NCBI GenBank assembly: GCA_001777915.1
Contig: MFFN01000004.1
Span: 617,744-681,743, forward strand
Source: Candidatus Edwardsbacteria bacterium RifOxyA12_full_54_48
GTDB lineage: Bacteria > Edwardsbacteria > AC1 > EtOH8
Length of the DNA: 64,000 bases
Direction of reading: 5' to 3'
This document shows, piece by piece, positions 21,010 to 30,314 of the stretch (within the stretch, counting starts at the first letter, position 1; every line of letters begins with the position of its first letter). Below the pieces are notes generated by a model. It searched no databases and had not been told where the DNA came from. It worked only from the letters and a program-made list of their open reading frames with translations. Both the position numbers and the translations under genes were made by a program.

Positions 21010-21545
21010 TTTTGGAACACGGATCGAGTCAGGTAGGTTCTCTCACCAAGCCACCAAGGATTTATCAATTTACTTAGGCACACTTTGAGAACCCAGGCAT
21101 TTGCGTCATTCTGGGCTTGCTTTGAAGCTATCCACGTCGAAGAATCTGTCGATGGATCACTGAAGGTATATCACACAAAGCCACTAAGACACGACGTTAT
21201 TACTTAATAGAGCATTGTCACCACTTCGAAAATTTTATTTTTGCCAACCTCAGTGCAGGCTCTGGGGTCTCTTCCCGCTTGGCAGGTTGAAGGGGTGGCA
21301 AAAGGCTATGCTCACACATTCAGCCAGTCAGGCAAGGTGGCCTTCTCTGTGTGACAGTTTTATTTTTAAGCGTTCAAATTTTAATTTATCACACAAAGCC
21401 GCCGAGCCACGAAGCCCACTGGTTTGCCAGAGATGGATTCGGTTGATGGCTACAAGTTAATTTATAGATTAATTCAGCTTGGTGTCTTGGTGGCAAATAA
21501 CATAGAAGGCTGATAATATCAAAAATCCTTAAAAAAAACGGGGAG
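21010..21545. repeat. Repeat-rich intergenic tract between pstB2 and phoU, with mosaic-repeat modules in both orientations
   Basis: 'caccaagccaccaagg' (21.04 kb), 'cacacaaagccactaagacacgacgttattacttaatag' (21.17 kb), 'cacacaaagccgccgagccacgaag' (21.39 kb) and the forward 'cttggtgtcttggtggcaaat' (21.48 kb). All share motifs with the 8.6, 56.9 and 58 kb loci. Confidence 0.65.
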
Positions 21546-21550
21546 CGCCA

Positions 21551-22213
21551 ATGGAAAGACATTTTGATACCGAGTTGACCCAGCTGAAACAGCAGCTGCT
21601 GAAGATGGGGGCCCTGGCCGAGGCCATGATAGACGCCGCGGTCACCGCCCTGGTGGAAAGGAACGCTGATCAGTTGAAGCAGATATATGAGAATGAGAAG
21701 CAGGTCAATAACCTTCAGGTGAGCATAGACGAGGACTGCTTGCGATTGACCGCCCTCTACCAGCCCACCGCCGGAGACCTGCGCTTCCTGCTGGGAGCCT
21801 CCAAGATCAACACCGAACTGGAGCGGCTGGGCGACCAGGCCATCAACATCTGCGAGGTGGTCAATAAGCTGCTGCAGGAGCCTCAGCTCAAGCCGCTGAT
21901 AGACATCCCCAAGATGGTGTCCATCGCCACCGACATGGTCCGGGACAGCCTGAACGCCTTCGTGGAGCGCAATGTCGACAAGGCCCGGGCGGTGCTGCTG
22001 CAGGACGACCAGCTGGACGACCTGAAGGACAAGATAGTGGCCGAGCTGACCGAGTTCATGACCAAGGATTCCGGCTCGGTCAGCCGGGCCATTCAGCTGA
22101 TCCTGGTGGCCCGCAGTCTGGAACGGATAGGCGACCATGCCACCAACATCGCCGAGGACGTCATCTTCGTGGTGCAGGGCAGGGATATCCGGCATCATGC
22201 GCAAGATATGTGA
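21551..22213 (+). CDS. phoU: Phosphate transport system regulator PhoU
   Basis: Two PhoU repeats, each with the 'E..V..LGD.A.NI.E' pattern (ERLGDQAINICE and ERIGDHATNIAE). Confidence 0.85.
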   Translation: MERHFDTELTQLKQQLLKMGALAEAMIDAAVTALVERNADQLKQIYENEKQVNNLQVSIDEDCLRLTALYQPTAGDLRFLLGASKINTELERLGDQAINICEVVNKLLQEPQLKPLIDIPKMVSIATDMVRDSLNAFVERNVDKARAVLLQDDQLDDLKDKIVAELTEFMTKDSGSVSRAIQLILVARSLERIGDHATNIAEDVIFVVQGRDIRHHAQDM

Positions 22214-22225
22214 TCATCGATCCCA

Positions 22226-22705
22226 ATGGCCAAGACCATCATAATTGACGGCTACAATCTGGCTTTCGCCTCCGGCAAGATAAGGCCGGTTCTGCTCAAG
22301 GAAAAGAAAGAAGGGCGGGCCTTGTTGCTGGACATTTTGGCTGGGTATAAGAAGGCATTGGGGTATGACATTACCGTCATCTTCGACGGGGCGGAAGGGA
22401 AGGAGCACAAGGGAGACAGGGTCAGGGGCATAAGGGTTTTTTACTCCAAGCCGCCCCAGAACGCCGACCGGGTGATCAAGGACAAAGCCTCAATTATGAA
22501 GAAGACCAAAACGTTGACCGTGGTCACCTCCGACCGGGAGCTGGCCCATCATGTCAAGGGGCGGCAGGTGGAGGTGATCGGCTCCGGGGCATTCTTGGAA
22601 AAGATGGAGCGGGAGATGACCCTGCGGGGCGCGGATAAGGAGAGGCCCGGGAAGATAGATGTGAAAGAGTGGATGGAATATTTTGGGATAAAAGGGAAGG
22701 AATGA
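22226..22705 (+). CDS. NYN-domain (YacP/Rae1-like) predicted ribonuclease
   Basis: 'TIIIDGYNLAF...VIFDGAEG...VVTSDRELAHHV' matches the YacP-like NYN fold (acidic residues after beta strands). Confidence 0.55.
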   Translation: MAKTIIIDGYNLAFASGKIRPVLLKEKKEGRALLLDILAGYKKALGYDITVIFDGAEGKEHKGDRVRGIRVFYSKPPQNADRVIKDKASIMKKTKTLTVVTSDRELAHHVKGRQVEVIGSGAFLEKMEREMTLRGADKERPGKIDVKEWMEYFGIKGKE

Positions 22706-22786
22706 AGATAAATCGATCGACCGGTCGGCGCATCTTTTCAATACCGGGTCCTACTGAATTTTAAGACACATTGCCAAGGGGGATCA

Positions 22787-23332
22787 ATGCTGGCTCCGTT
22801 ATTCATCCTTAAAAACACCAAAGGCAAGGGCTGCGGGCTTTTCGCCAAACGGGACATTCCCAAGGGAACGGTGGTGTTCTATGAGTGTTCGCAATGCACC
22901 GTCATCCCCAAAGCCAAATTCGACAAGCTGACCAAGACCCAAAAGGAAAAGCTGTTGTTCCACGCCTACACCCGCCAGGACGGCTCGGTGGTCAATCCCT
23001 GCGGCGATTCCATTTACATGAACCATTCCTGTGATCCCAATATCCTGGATACCGGAAAGGGTTTTGATGTGGTGGTCCGGGACATCAAAAAAGGCCAGGA
23101 GGCCACCTGCGATTACCGGGTCTTTTATGATAAGGATTGGGGCTTTGAATGTCATTGTGGCAGCAAAAACTGCTGCGGGACATTCACCTGTCGCCGGCCG
23201 CTGGCCTCCGGGGTCAAGGCCTTTTGGGAAAAAATGACGGCCCCGGCGTTGAAACGGATATCGAAAGTACCCCAGCCGCTCAAAGAGCAATTTCTGAAGG
23301 AGTATCCGGCCAAGGCCCGGTATTTCAAATAG
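22787..23332 (+). CDS. Bacterial SET-domain protein (putative lysine methyltransferase)
   Basis: 'GKGCGLFAKRDIPKGTVV', 'NHSCDPN' (SET pseudoknot motif), 'ATCDY', and the Cys-rich post-SET 'ECHCGSKNCCG'. Confidence 0.7.
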   Translation: MLAPLFILKNTKGKGCGLFAKRDIPKGTVVFYECSQCTVIPKAKFDKLTKTQKEKLLFHAYTRQDGSVVNPCGDSIYMNHSCDPNILDTGKGFDVVVRDIKKGQEATCDYRVFYDKDWGFECHCGSKNCCGTFTCRRPLASGVKAFWEKMTAPALKRISKVPQPLKEQFLKEYPAKARYFK

Positions 23333-23484
23333 CCATTGACCGGCCAAAGAACTGATTTTATGCTTGACTTTGCCATGGGTTTAAGTTACATTTATTGCAA
23401 AGAGTTATCTGCCGGGATGCTCATAAGGCCCCGGCGGATGATTTTATGAATGGTTTTTAATAATCCTGTTATAGGAGTTCTGGG

Positions 23485-24246
23485 ATGAAGCTAAAGGTCC
23501 TGGGAGCATCGGGATCAAAACTGCCCGGTTTCGGTCTGACCAGCTTCCTGCTGGACAAAAACATCCTGATCGACACCGGGGCGGCCGCCTCCATGCTGGA
23601 CTTTGACGAACAGCTGAGGCTGGATGCGGTCCTGCTGTCGCACATCCACATCGACCACAGCCTGGGGCTTTTACTGATGGCCGACAACCTAGTGGGCAGC
23701 CTCAACAAATCCATCCAGATCATGAGCATCCCGGAGGTGCTGGACGGCCTGCGGGAGCATTTGTTCAACAACCAGGTATGGCCGGATTTCACCTCCATTC
23801 CCAACAGCAAGGATGCCATCTTCAAGCTGAAGCCCATGGCCGAGGGCAAGCCGGTGAAGCTGGGCAAGTACACCATCCGGGCCATCCGGGTCAGCCACTC
23901 GGTGCCGACGGTGGGCTTCATCATCAGCGACGGCAAGAGCTCCCTGCTGTACACCGCCGACACCCGGGCCACCGAAAAGATCTGGAAGGAGGCCAAGAAG
24001 ATCCGGGGCCTTAAGGGGGTGCTGATAGAAACCTCTTTTCCCAACCGGCTTCACGGGCTGGCCGACCTGTCGGGCCATCTTACGCCGCACGCCCTGCTGC
24101 AGGAGATAAACAAATCGGGGCTGAAGGTGCCGTTCTACGTCTTTCATATCAAGGCCATGTTCGTGGAGGAGGTGCAGAAGGAGATCGCCAGACTTAAAAA
24201 TTCCCAGATCCGGCTGGCCATGGAAGGCGCCACCTATAATTTTTAG
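23485..24246 (+). CDS. Metallo-beta-lactamase-fold hydrolase, class-II 3',5'-cyclic-nucleotide phosphodiesterase-like
   Basis: 'HIHIDHSLGLLLMAD' resembles the class-II PDE signature H-x-H-L-D-H. The N-terminal 'KVLGASGS' and overall ~250 aa length fit. Confidence 0.5.
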   Translation: MKLKVLGASGSKLPGFGLTSFLLDKNILIDTGAAASMLDFDEQLRLDAVLLSHIHIDHSLGLLLMADNLVGSLNKSIQIMSIPEVLDGLREHLFNNQVWPDFTSIPNSKDAIFKLKPMAEGKPVKLGKYTIRAIRVSHSVPTVGFIISDGKSSLLYTADTRATEKIWKEAKKIRGLKGVLIETSFPNRLHGLADLSGHLTPHALLQEINKSGLKVPFYVFHIKAMFVEEVQKEIARLKNSQIRLAMEGATYNF

Positions 24247-24336
24247 GATCCGACAATATCGCGTTCAGCAAGCCGGAACAATAGACGATGTTTTATTTTC
24301 CGGCTTTGCCTTTATAGTTTTCAAAGGGGTTGTAAA

Positions 24337-25986
24337 GTGAAAAAATTATTGATCATTTTGCTGGCCTTTTCGGCCGGCTGCGCCAAGCGCCAGGTGCTCA
24401 ATCCGGAGCAGGCGCAGCAGACGGTGATGGACCAGGTGATGCAGGCCGCCATGCTGGAGCAGGACGGCCAGAATAAACCGGCCATCGAACTTTACAAGAA
24501 TGCCCTCCGGCTGGACAAGAGGTCGTCCCTGTTGAACCTGCTGATATCCCAGAATTACTACGAGCTGGGCAACGACACCCTGGCGGTGCTCTATGCCCGG
24601 CGGGCCGTCAAATTGGAGCCGGACAATCCCGACAACCGCCTGATGCTGGGCAACGCCTACCTGATGGCCCGGGAGCTGGAGCTTTCATTGGAGCAGTATA
24701 AGGCGGCGGTCAAACTGAAGCCGGGCGACCCGGACATCTCCATTACCACCGCCGGGATTTACGAGGCCCTGGGCCGCCGTGATTCGGCCATCACCGTCAT
24801 GGAAAGCATCGCCCGGCGGACCGGCGACCCGGACATCATCATGCAGCTGGGTTCCATGCTTATGCGCCACAAGCAGAGCGGACCGGCCAAAGAAATCTAC
24901 CGGCAGGTGATAGGCCGGGATTCCTCCAACATCAGGGCCTGGATATCGCTGGCCGCCGTCTACGAGGTGGGCCAGCAGCCGGATTCGGCCCTGCATTTCT
25001 ACGGCACCGCCGCCCGGCTGGATCCCGAAAACCTGAGCATCCAGAAGCATATCTTCAACCTGCTGCTGTCGGTAAACCAGTACCCGTGGGCGGCCCGCCA
25101 GGCCATGATCATTCTGGAAAGGGAGCCGGGGAACGCCGGTCTTCGTTTGCAGCTGGCCCGGCTGTTCTACCACCAGCAGGCCTTCCAGCCTGCCCAGGAG
25201 CAATTTCTGGCTGTCCTGGAGAGCGACAGCAATAACACCGAGGCTCTTTACACCGTGGCCCGGATAAGCTTTCAGCAGAAGGATTACCCCCGGGCGCTGC
25301 AGTATTTTCGGAGGACCACCGGCTTGCTGCCCAAAATGGCCGAAGGCTGGGTCTCTTTGGGCAATTGCTTCTTGGCCCTGGACCAGCCGGATTCCGCGGC
25401 AGCTGCATTTGAGAAGGCCCGGCGTTTGGGAGTAAAACAGGATATTGACCGTTTGATCGGCGCCGGATATTCCCTGTCCGAAAAGTACCGGGAGGCCATA
25501 CCATTCTTTCAGAATCAGTACCGAAAGAAACCCAAGGATCCCGATCTGATGTTCGGTCTGGCGGTGGCCTACGAGCGCAGCGGGGACTTTGATAACGCGG
25601 TAACAATGTTCAAAAAACTGCTCGAGCTAGATCCAAAGAGTGCTATCGTGCTGAACTATCTGGGCTATATGTATGCCGACAAGGGCGTCAACCTGGAGGA
25701 AGCCAAAGATCTGGTAGCCAGGGCCCTGGAGGCCGAGCCGGATAATGCCTTTTATATTGACAGCATGGGCTGGGTGTTTTATAAAACAGGCCGATTTGAA
25801 GAAGCCCGCCAGAGCCTGGAGAAAGCGGTCAGCCTTTTGCCAACGGACGCCACTTTAAGGGATCACCTGGGCGATGTTTACCTATCTCTCAATTTAAAAC
25901 AGCAGGCCGTCGAGCAGTGGCAAAAGTCACTGGAACTCGATCCCGGCAAGGAAATGATACAGGAAAAGATAGATGCGGCAAGATAA
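24337..25986 (+). CDS. TPR-repeat lipoprotein
   Basis: Lipobox LLAFSAGCA. More than 10 degenerate 34-aa TPR repeats (W-LG-Y / A-F-A-P patterns). Confidence 0.7.
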   Translation: MKKLLIILLAFSAGCAKRQVLNPEQAQQTVMDQVMQAAMLEQDGQNKPAIELYKNALRLDKRSSLLNLLISQNYYELGNDTLAVLYARRAVKLEPDNPDNRLMLGNAYLMARELELSLEQYKAAVKLKPGDPDISITTAGIYEALGRRDSAITVMESIARRTGDPDIIMQLGSMLMRHKQSGPAKEIYRQVIGRDSSNIRAWISLAAVYEVGQQPDSALHFYGTAARLDPENLSIQKHIFNLLLSVNQYPWAARQAMIILEREPGNAGLRLQLARLFYHQQAFQPAQEQFLAVLESDSNNTEALYTVARISFQQKDYPRALQYFRRTTGLLPKMAEGWVSLGNCFLALDQPDSAAAAFEKARRLGVKQDIDRLIGAGYSLSEKYREAIPFFQNQYRKKPKDPDLMFGLAVAYERSGDFDNAVTMFKKLLELDPKSAIVLNYLGYMYADKGVNLEEAKDLVARALEAEPDNAFYIDSMGWVFYKTGRFEEARQSLEKAVSLLPTDATLRDHLGDVYLSLNLKQQAVEQWQKSLELDPGKEMIQEKIDAAR

Positions 25987-26755
25987 AAACAGATCAAGTT
26001 CTAATCATCGGATCATAACTCTGGCGGTCCTCTGTTTCATGATGGTCGGGTGCGCCCATGTCAAACGGGCTGAAAAAGGAGACCTGGAAGATCTTTGGAA
26101 CAAAGCCTGGTCGTCATTCAAGACGGATGACCAGCCTTTCTCGGCCCAGGGAAAGATAACCTACGATTCGCCCAAGCTGACCCAGTCCCTGAACTTCGTC
26201 TGGCGCCAGGATGGCAGCCGGCATATCCGGATAGATATCTCCGGATTTTTTGGCATCAGCCTGGCCTCGGCCTGCATATCAGACGATAAGGCCTGGCTGA
26301 ATGTTCCCCTGAAGTCCCTGTACGTCAGTGGCTCCATATCGGACGTCGATTCGATGGCCGAAAAAGCGGCCGGGATCGGCATCGAAGGACTTTTGGAGGT
26401 CTTGCAGGGCCGCCCGCCGCTGGAGGCCGGCCGATATTCCATAGCCCAGGATGCGGAGAAATTCTATCTATTTGTCTTTACCAAAAAGGACACCACCGTA
26501 ACCTACCGGCTGGATCGGCATAATGCCAGGATCGTCGGCTATCAATTGGATATCACGGGAAAGCCGGAATACAGCATCGGCTATAACGACTGGAAGCCCT
26601 TCAACAACAGCTTCCGGCCGCAGGCGGTGGAAATATTTTCTTACCGGGACCAGACCGGGCTTACTGTTAAATTCTCCTCCGTGAGCCCAGAGCGGTCATT
26701 TGCCAAAGACGTTTGGGAACAGCCGGCGCCCCGAAGGGGTTTTGGCGATGAGTGA
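25973..26755 (+). CDS. Hypothetical lipoprotein (DUF4292/LolB-like fold suspected)
   Basis: Lipobox 'MMVGCAHV'. Overlaps the TPR gene. ~260 aa with the beta-rich character of LolB-like lipoproteins. No catalytic motif. Confidence 0.35.
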   Translation: MRQDKNRSSSNHRIITLAVLCFMMVGCAHVKRAEKGDLEDLWNKAWSSFKTDDQPFSAQGKITYDSPKLTQSLNFVWRQDGSRHIRIDISGFFGISLASACISDDKAWLNVPLKSLYVSGSISDVDSMAEKAAGIGIEGLLEVLQGRPPLEAGRYSIAQDAEKFYLFVFTKKDTTVTYRLDRHNARIVGYQLDITGKPEYSIGYNDWKPFNNSFRPQAVEIFSYRDQTGLTVKFSSVSPERSFAKDVWEQPAPRRGFGDE

Positions 26756-27314
26756 GGAGGCAAATAAACACGGCTGGAAAACGGTCGGGACCAAACAGGC
26801 CTATCAAAACCCGTGGATAGCGGTCCGCGAGGACCGGATAATCTATCCCAACGGGCAGCCCGGCATCTACGGGGTGGTGGAGAAGGGGCCGGGAGTGGCG
26901 GTCATCGCCCTGGACAACCAAAAGAACCTCTGCCTGGTAAGGCAATACCGTTATCCCCTGGACGATGTCTTCCTGGAACTGCCGGCCGGGGCCATCCATC
27001 AGGGCGAGACCGAGATCGAGTCCGTCAGAAGGGAATTATTCGAGGAGACGGGCATCCGGGCCGGGCGTTTAGAGAGGCTGGGAAATTTCTATACCGCCCT
27101 GGGCCACGAGACGGCCGAGATCATCGCCTATCTGGCCGATCAACTGGAACCGGACCGGCACTCGCTGGCCAACCAGCAGCATGACGAGTCCATACTGGAG
27201 ATAGTACGGCTGCCCGTTGGCCGGGTAAAACAGATGATGGCCCGGGACGAGATAAAATGCGGGATCTCTTTGGCGGCGTTAAGCCTGCTGTTCGTTAAAT
27301 ATCCGGGGCTGTGA
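26745..27314 (+). CDS. NUDIX hydrolase (ADP-ribose pyrophosphatase-like)
   Basis: Nudix box 'GAIHQGETEIESVRRELFEETGI'. Start moved to ATG 26745 to avoid the overlap with the upstream gene. Confidence 0.75.
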   Translation, partial: AMSEEANKHGWKTVGTKQAYQNPWIAVREDRIIYPNGQPGIYGVVEKGPGVAVIALDNQKNLCLVRQYRYPLDDVFLELPAGAIHQGETEIESVRRELFEETGIRAGRLERLGNFYTALGHETAEIIAYLADQLEPDRHSLANQQHDESILEIVRLPVGRVKQMMARDEIKCGISLAALSLLFVKYPGL

Positions 27315-27973
27315 TCGTGCCCGCCGGAGCCATCATATTCTACAGCGATCAGGTGATGCCGGAGAACGAAAGGCTGGACAGGCGGTTCCTTGAGCTGATC
27401 AACAAAGACCGGCCGAAGCTGGCTTACATCCCTTCGGCTTCGGACGGCACCCGGAGATATTATCGCGAGAAGTGCCAGTATTATAAAAGGTACGGCATAG
27501 AGGATCTTTTATATTTCGACCTGAACAGGGAATACGATCCGGCTAAGACCGAAGAACTGCTGGCCTGTGATGCCATTCATCTATCCGGCGGTGATCCGTT
27601 CCAGTTTTTGGGATCTATCAGAAAACGAAAATTTGGGCCGGTGCTGAAAGAATATCTGAATAAAGGCGGCATACTGCTGGGCATCAGCGCCGGGGCCATA
27701 GTGCTGACCCCCAGCATCAACATCTCGCATGTCTTTTATAGATCCCGGACCGACCAGCATCAGGCGGTGAGCCTGGTGGATTTTCACTTTTTGCCGCACT
27801 GGAACTTGCGGCAAGACCAAGTGGATGCCGTTAAAAAGTTCTCCATAGATAACCAAGCCATGGTCTATGCCTGCCAGGACGGGGACGGGATGGTGGTCCA
27901 CGACGGCAATATAGAATTGGTGGGAAATGTGGTGAGGATAGAGAAGGGAAAGGCTTTTGTAAATAATGAATGA
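27311..27973 (+). CDS. Peptidase S51 (dipeptidase E / cyanophycinase-like) family protein
   Basis: 'LAYIPSASDG...' N-terminus, 'IHLSGGDPFQFL' and 'GISAGAIVL' (catalytic Ser in a GxSAG context). ~220 aa. Confidence 0.55.
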   Translation: MIVPAGAIIFYSDQVMPENERLDRRFLELINKDRPKLAYIPSASDGTRRYYREKCQYYKRYGIEDLLYFDLNREYDPAKTEELLACDAIHLSGGDPFQFLGSIRKRKFGPVLKEYLNKGGILLGISAGAIVLTPSINISHVFYRSRTDQHQAVSLVDFHFLPHWNLRQDQVDAVKKFSIDNQAMVYACQDGDGMVVHDGNIELVGNVVRIEKGKAFVNNE

Positions 27974-28751
27974 TTCTGAGATCAAACAATATTGGGAAGA
28001 AAATGCCGAGGCTTGGACGGCTCTTTCCCGGGCCGGGTATGACGTATACCGTGATCATGTTAACGCTCCAGCTTTCTTGAAGATGTTGCCCTTGGTCAAA
28101 GGCCAGAAGGGGATGGATATCGGATGTGGTGAAGGACATAACACAAGGCTAGTGGCCCAGCAGGGTGCAATCTTAACAGGAATAGATATATCGGAAGCTT
28201 TTATAAAGCAAGCTATAAGCAAGGAGACGGAGCACCCTTTGGGAATAAAGTACCAGGTTTCCTCGGGACAGAAAATGGATTTCACTGAAGGAAGCTTCGA
28301 TTTCTGCATGGCCACAATGAGTTTAATGGACATGGCTGATCCGATAAAGGCCATAGGTGAAGCATATCGGGTTCTTAAACCAGGCGGGTTTTTCCAATTT
28401 TCGATATCGCATCCCTGTTTTGCCACCCCGAAATGGAAATGGCTAAGGGACGAGTCCGGCCGGAAATCAGCTTTAGCCTGCGGTGATTATTTCCTTCAAC
28501 CCAAGGATAGTATCGAAAAATGGATATTTGGAGCGGCTCCGGATGAAGAAAAGAAAAAATACCCACTTTTCAAGACCCCTCGTTTTACATTGATCTTGAG
28601 CAATTGGATCAACTTCTTGATAAAGGCCGGATTTACAATAGAAGAACTTTGCGAACCGTATCCCGATGAAGAAACCGCCAATAAGTGTCCGGATGTGGCC
28701 GATGCCTCCATTGTGGCATATTTTTTAATCATACGTTGCAGGAAACCATGA
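27966..28751 (+). CDS. Class I SAM-dependent methyltransferase
   Basis: Motif I 'GMDIGCGEGHNT'. Acidic motif II 'GIDISEAFI'. Motif 'FDFCMATMSL'. Confidence 0.75.
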   Translation: MNDSEIKQYWEENAEAWTALSRAGYDVYRDHVNAPAFLKMLPLVKGQKGMDIGCGEGHNTRLVAQQGAILTGIDISEAFIKQAISKETEHPLGIKYQVSSGQKMDFTEGSFDFCMATMSLMDMADPIKAIGEAYRVLKPGGFFQFSISHPCFATPKWKWLRDESGRKSALACGDYFLQPKDSIEKWIFGAAPDEEKKKYPLFKTPRFTLILSNWINFLIKAGFTIEELCEPYPDEETANKCPDVADASIVAYFLIIRCRKP

Positions 28752-29158
28752 ATTGTATAATCATCTATTCCACCTTTCCTTCCCGGGAGCTGGCCGAAAG
28801 AACGGCCCGCACCCTGCTGGAGGAACAATTAGTGGCCGGGGCCAATATGGTTCAGGCCGAATCCCTGTTCCGCTGGCAGGGGAAGATCGAGCAGCGGGCC
28901 GAATGGGCGGTGTTCTTTCAGGCCGAGCGGAATTTTTACAAACGGATAGAATCACGCATCAAACAACTGCATTCCGACCAGACCCCCCAGATCGTGATGT
29001 GGAAGATGAAGGACGGATACGTTCCGTTTCTCAACTGGGTGATCGACCAGACCAGCCGCCCGGTGCTGAAAAGGGAGCGGAGGGATAAGGGCAAAGAGTT
29101 CCGGAAGAAGAAGTCCGAGCTGTTGAAGGGAAGAAAAAAAGATGGAACGGCAAGCTGA
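28748..29158 (+). CDS. cutA: Divalent-cation tolerance protein CutA with Lys/Arg-rich C-terminal extension
   Basis: 'IIIYSTFPSRELAERTARTLLEEQLVAGANMVQAESLFRWQGKIEQRAEWAVFF' is CutA1-like. The extra ~30-aa tail is [26 protein letters not shown]. Confidence 0.65.
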   Translation: MNCIIIYSTFPSRELAERTARTLLEEQLVAGANMVQAESLFRWQGKIEQRAEWAVFFQAERNFYKRIESRIKQLHSDQTPQIVMWKMKDGYVPFLNWVIDQTSRPVLKRERRDKGKEFRKKKSELLKGRKKDGTAS

Positions 29159-29675
29159 ACCTGCCATTTTCAGCGAAGAGCAGCGGTTTGGCCAAGTCTG
29201 GCTGTGGATCATCATACTCGGAATGGATGTTTTTTTCTTCACATTGTTTTTTGCGCAGTTTTTAGGTCCGGTACGGCCTCAAACCAGCGGACCTGCCGAC
29301 TGGTTCGGTTTGATCCTGGTCTCCCTGCTGTGCCTTGGCATAACCGGGCTATTTGTTTACCTAAAGTTGATCACCCGGGTCACCAGCCAGGGCCTCTCCA
29401 TCCAATTCTTGCCACTCCATAGGAAACCTGCAGTAATATCATTTTCGGATATCAGTGAATGTTCAATTCGCACCTACCGGCCGATAATGGAATACGGCGG
29501 GTGGGGGATCAAGCGGGGGATCGGAGGGCTGGCCTACAATGTTTCAGGAAACCAGGGGTTGCAATTGGTTCTTACCGATGGCAGAAAAATATTGATCGGG
29601 ACCCAGAAGCCGGAACAATTTATTAACGCAATGAGCTCAGCCGGGAAAATCAAAAGGATACAAGATGGAGTGTAA
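29142..29675 (+). CDS. Hypothetical membrane protein (2 TM + PH-like cytoplasmic domain)
   Basis: Two hydrophobic helices followed by a beta-rich domain. No motif recognised. Confidence 0.3.
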   Translation: MERQAEPAIFSEEQRFGQVWLWIIILGMDVFFFTLFFAQFLGPVRPQTSGPADWFGLILVSLLCLGITGLFVYLKLITRVTSQGLSIQFLPLHRKPAVISFSDISECSIRTYRPIMEYGGWGIKRGIGGLAYNVSGNQGLQLVLTDGRKILIGTQKPEQFINAMSSAGKIKRIQDGV

Positions 29676-29859
29676 TAAGATAAATAACCTAAAAAGCTGC
29701 AACTGCAGCTACCAGCCGTGCTCCCGCAAGGGGGTCTGCTGCGAATGTATAGCCTATCACCGGGCCATGGACCAGCTGCCGGCCTGTTATTTCTCGGAAA
29801 AAATTGAAAGAAGCTGCGACCGATCAATAGAAGCCTTCATCAAGGATCAGAAACGTTGA
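29665..29859 (+). CDS. Small Cys-rich protein (64 aa; 10 Cys, putative metal-binding)
   Basis: C-x-C-x4-C-x5-C-C-x-C-x3-H pattern ([22 protein letters not shown]). Overlaps its neighbours in an operon-like arrangement. Confidence 0.3.
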   Translation: MECNKINNLKSCNCSYQPCSRKGVCCECIAYHRAMDQLPACYFSEKIERSCDRSIEAFIKDQKR

Positions 29860-30314
29860 GAATAGACCAAAGCTGGTATGTCAAGCCGCCGGGTATAGCC
29901 GAGCATACCTCCTGTGGCGGGGTGGTGGTCAGAAAGGTTGGAGATCGGATCCTGGTGGCGCTGGTCACCGAGCCGGGATTTAAGGAATACATCCTTCCCA
30001 AGGGCCATGTTGAATCCGGGGAGAATCTGGAGCAGGCCGCCCGGCGGGAGATAGCCGAAGAAGCGGGCTTCACGGAGTTAAAGCTGGTTAAAAGCCTGGG
30101 ATCGATCGGACGCTTGGATTTCCGGAAACGCTCCTGGGGCACCATGCACTACTTTCTATTCACCACCAGTCAGGAGGAGACCAGCCCCAGCGATCCGGAA
30201 CACCAGTACATCGTGAAATGGTTTCCGATAGATGCCCTGCCCGAAATGTTCTGGCCGGAGCAGGGAGCGCTGATAGAAGATAATACCGATATGATCAGAA
30301 AGATTTTTGAATAA
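29856..30314 (+). CDS. NUDIX hydrolase
   Basis: Nudix box '[23 protein letters not shown]'. Confidence 0.7.
   Translation: MRIDQSWYVKPPGIAEHTSCGGVVVRKVGDRILVALVTEPGFKEYILPKGHVESGENLEQAARREIAEEAGFTELKLVKSLGSIGRLDFRKRSWGTMHYFLFTTSQEETSPSDPEHQYIVKWFPIDALPEMFWPEQGALIEDNTDMIRKIFE

Noticed and set aside
21215-21460. 81-aa ORF inside the pstB2-phoU spacer
   Set aside because: It lies entirely within mosaic repeat sequence, has no RBS, and has a Cys/Trp-rich odd composition. It most likely reflects repeat sequence rather than a gene.
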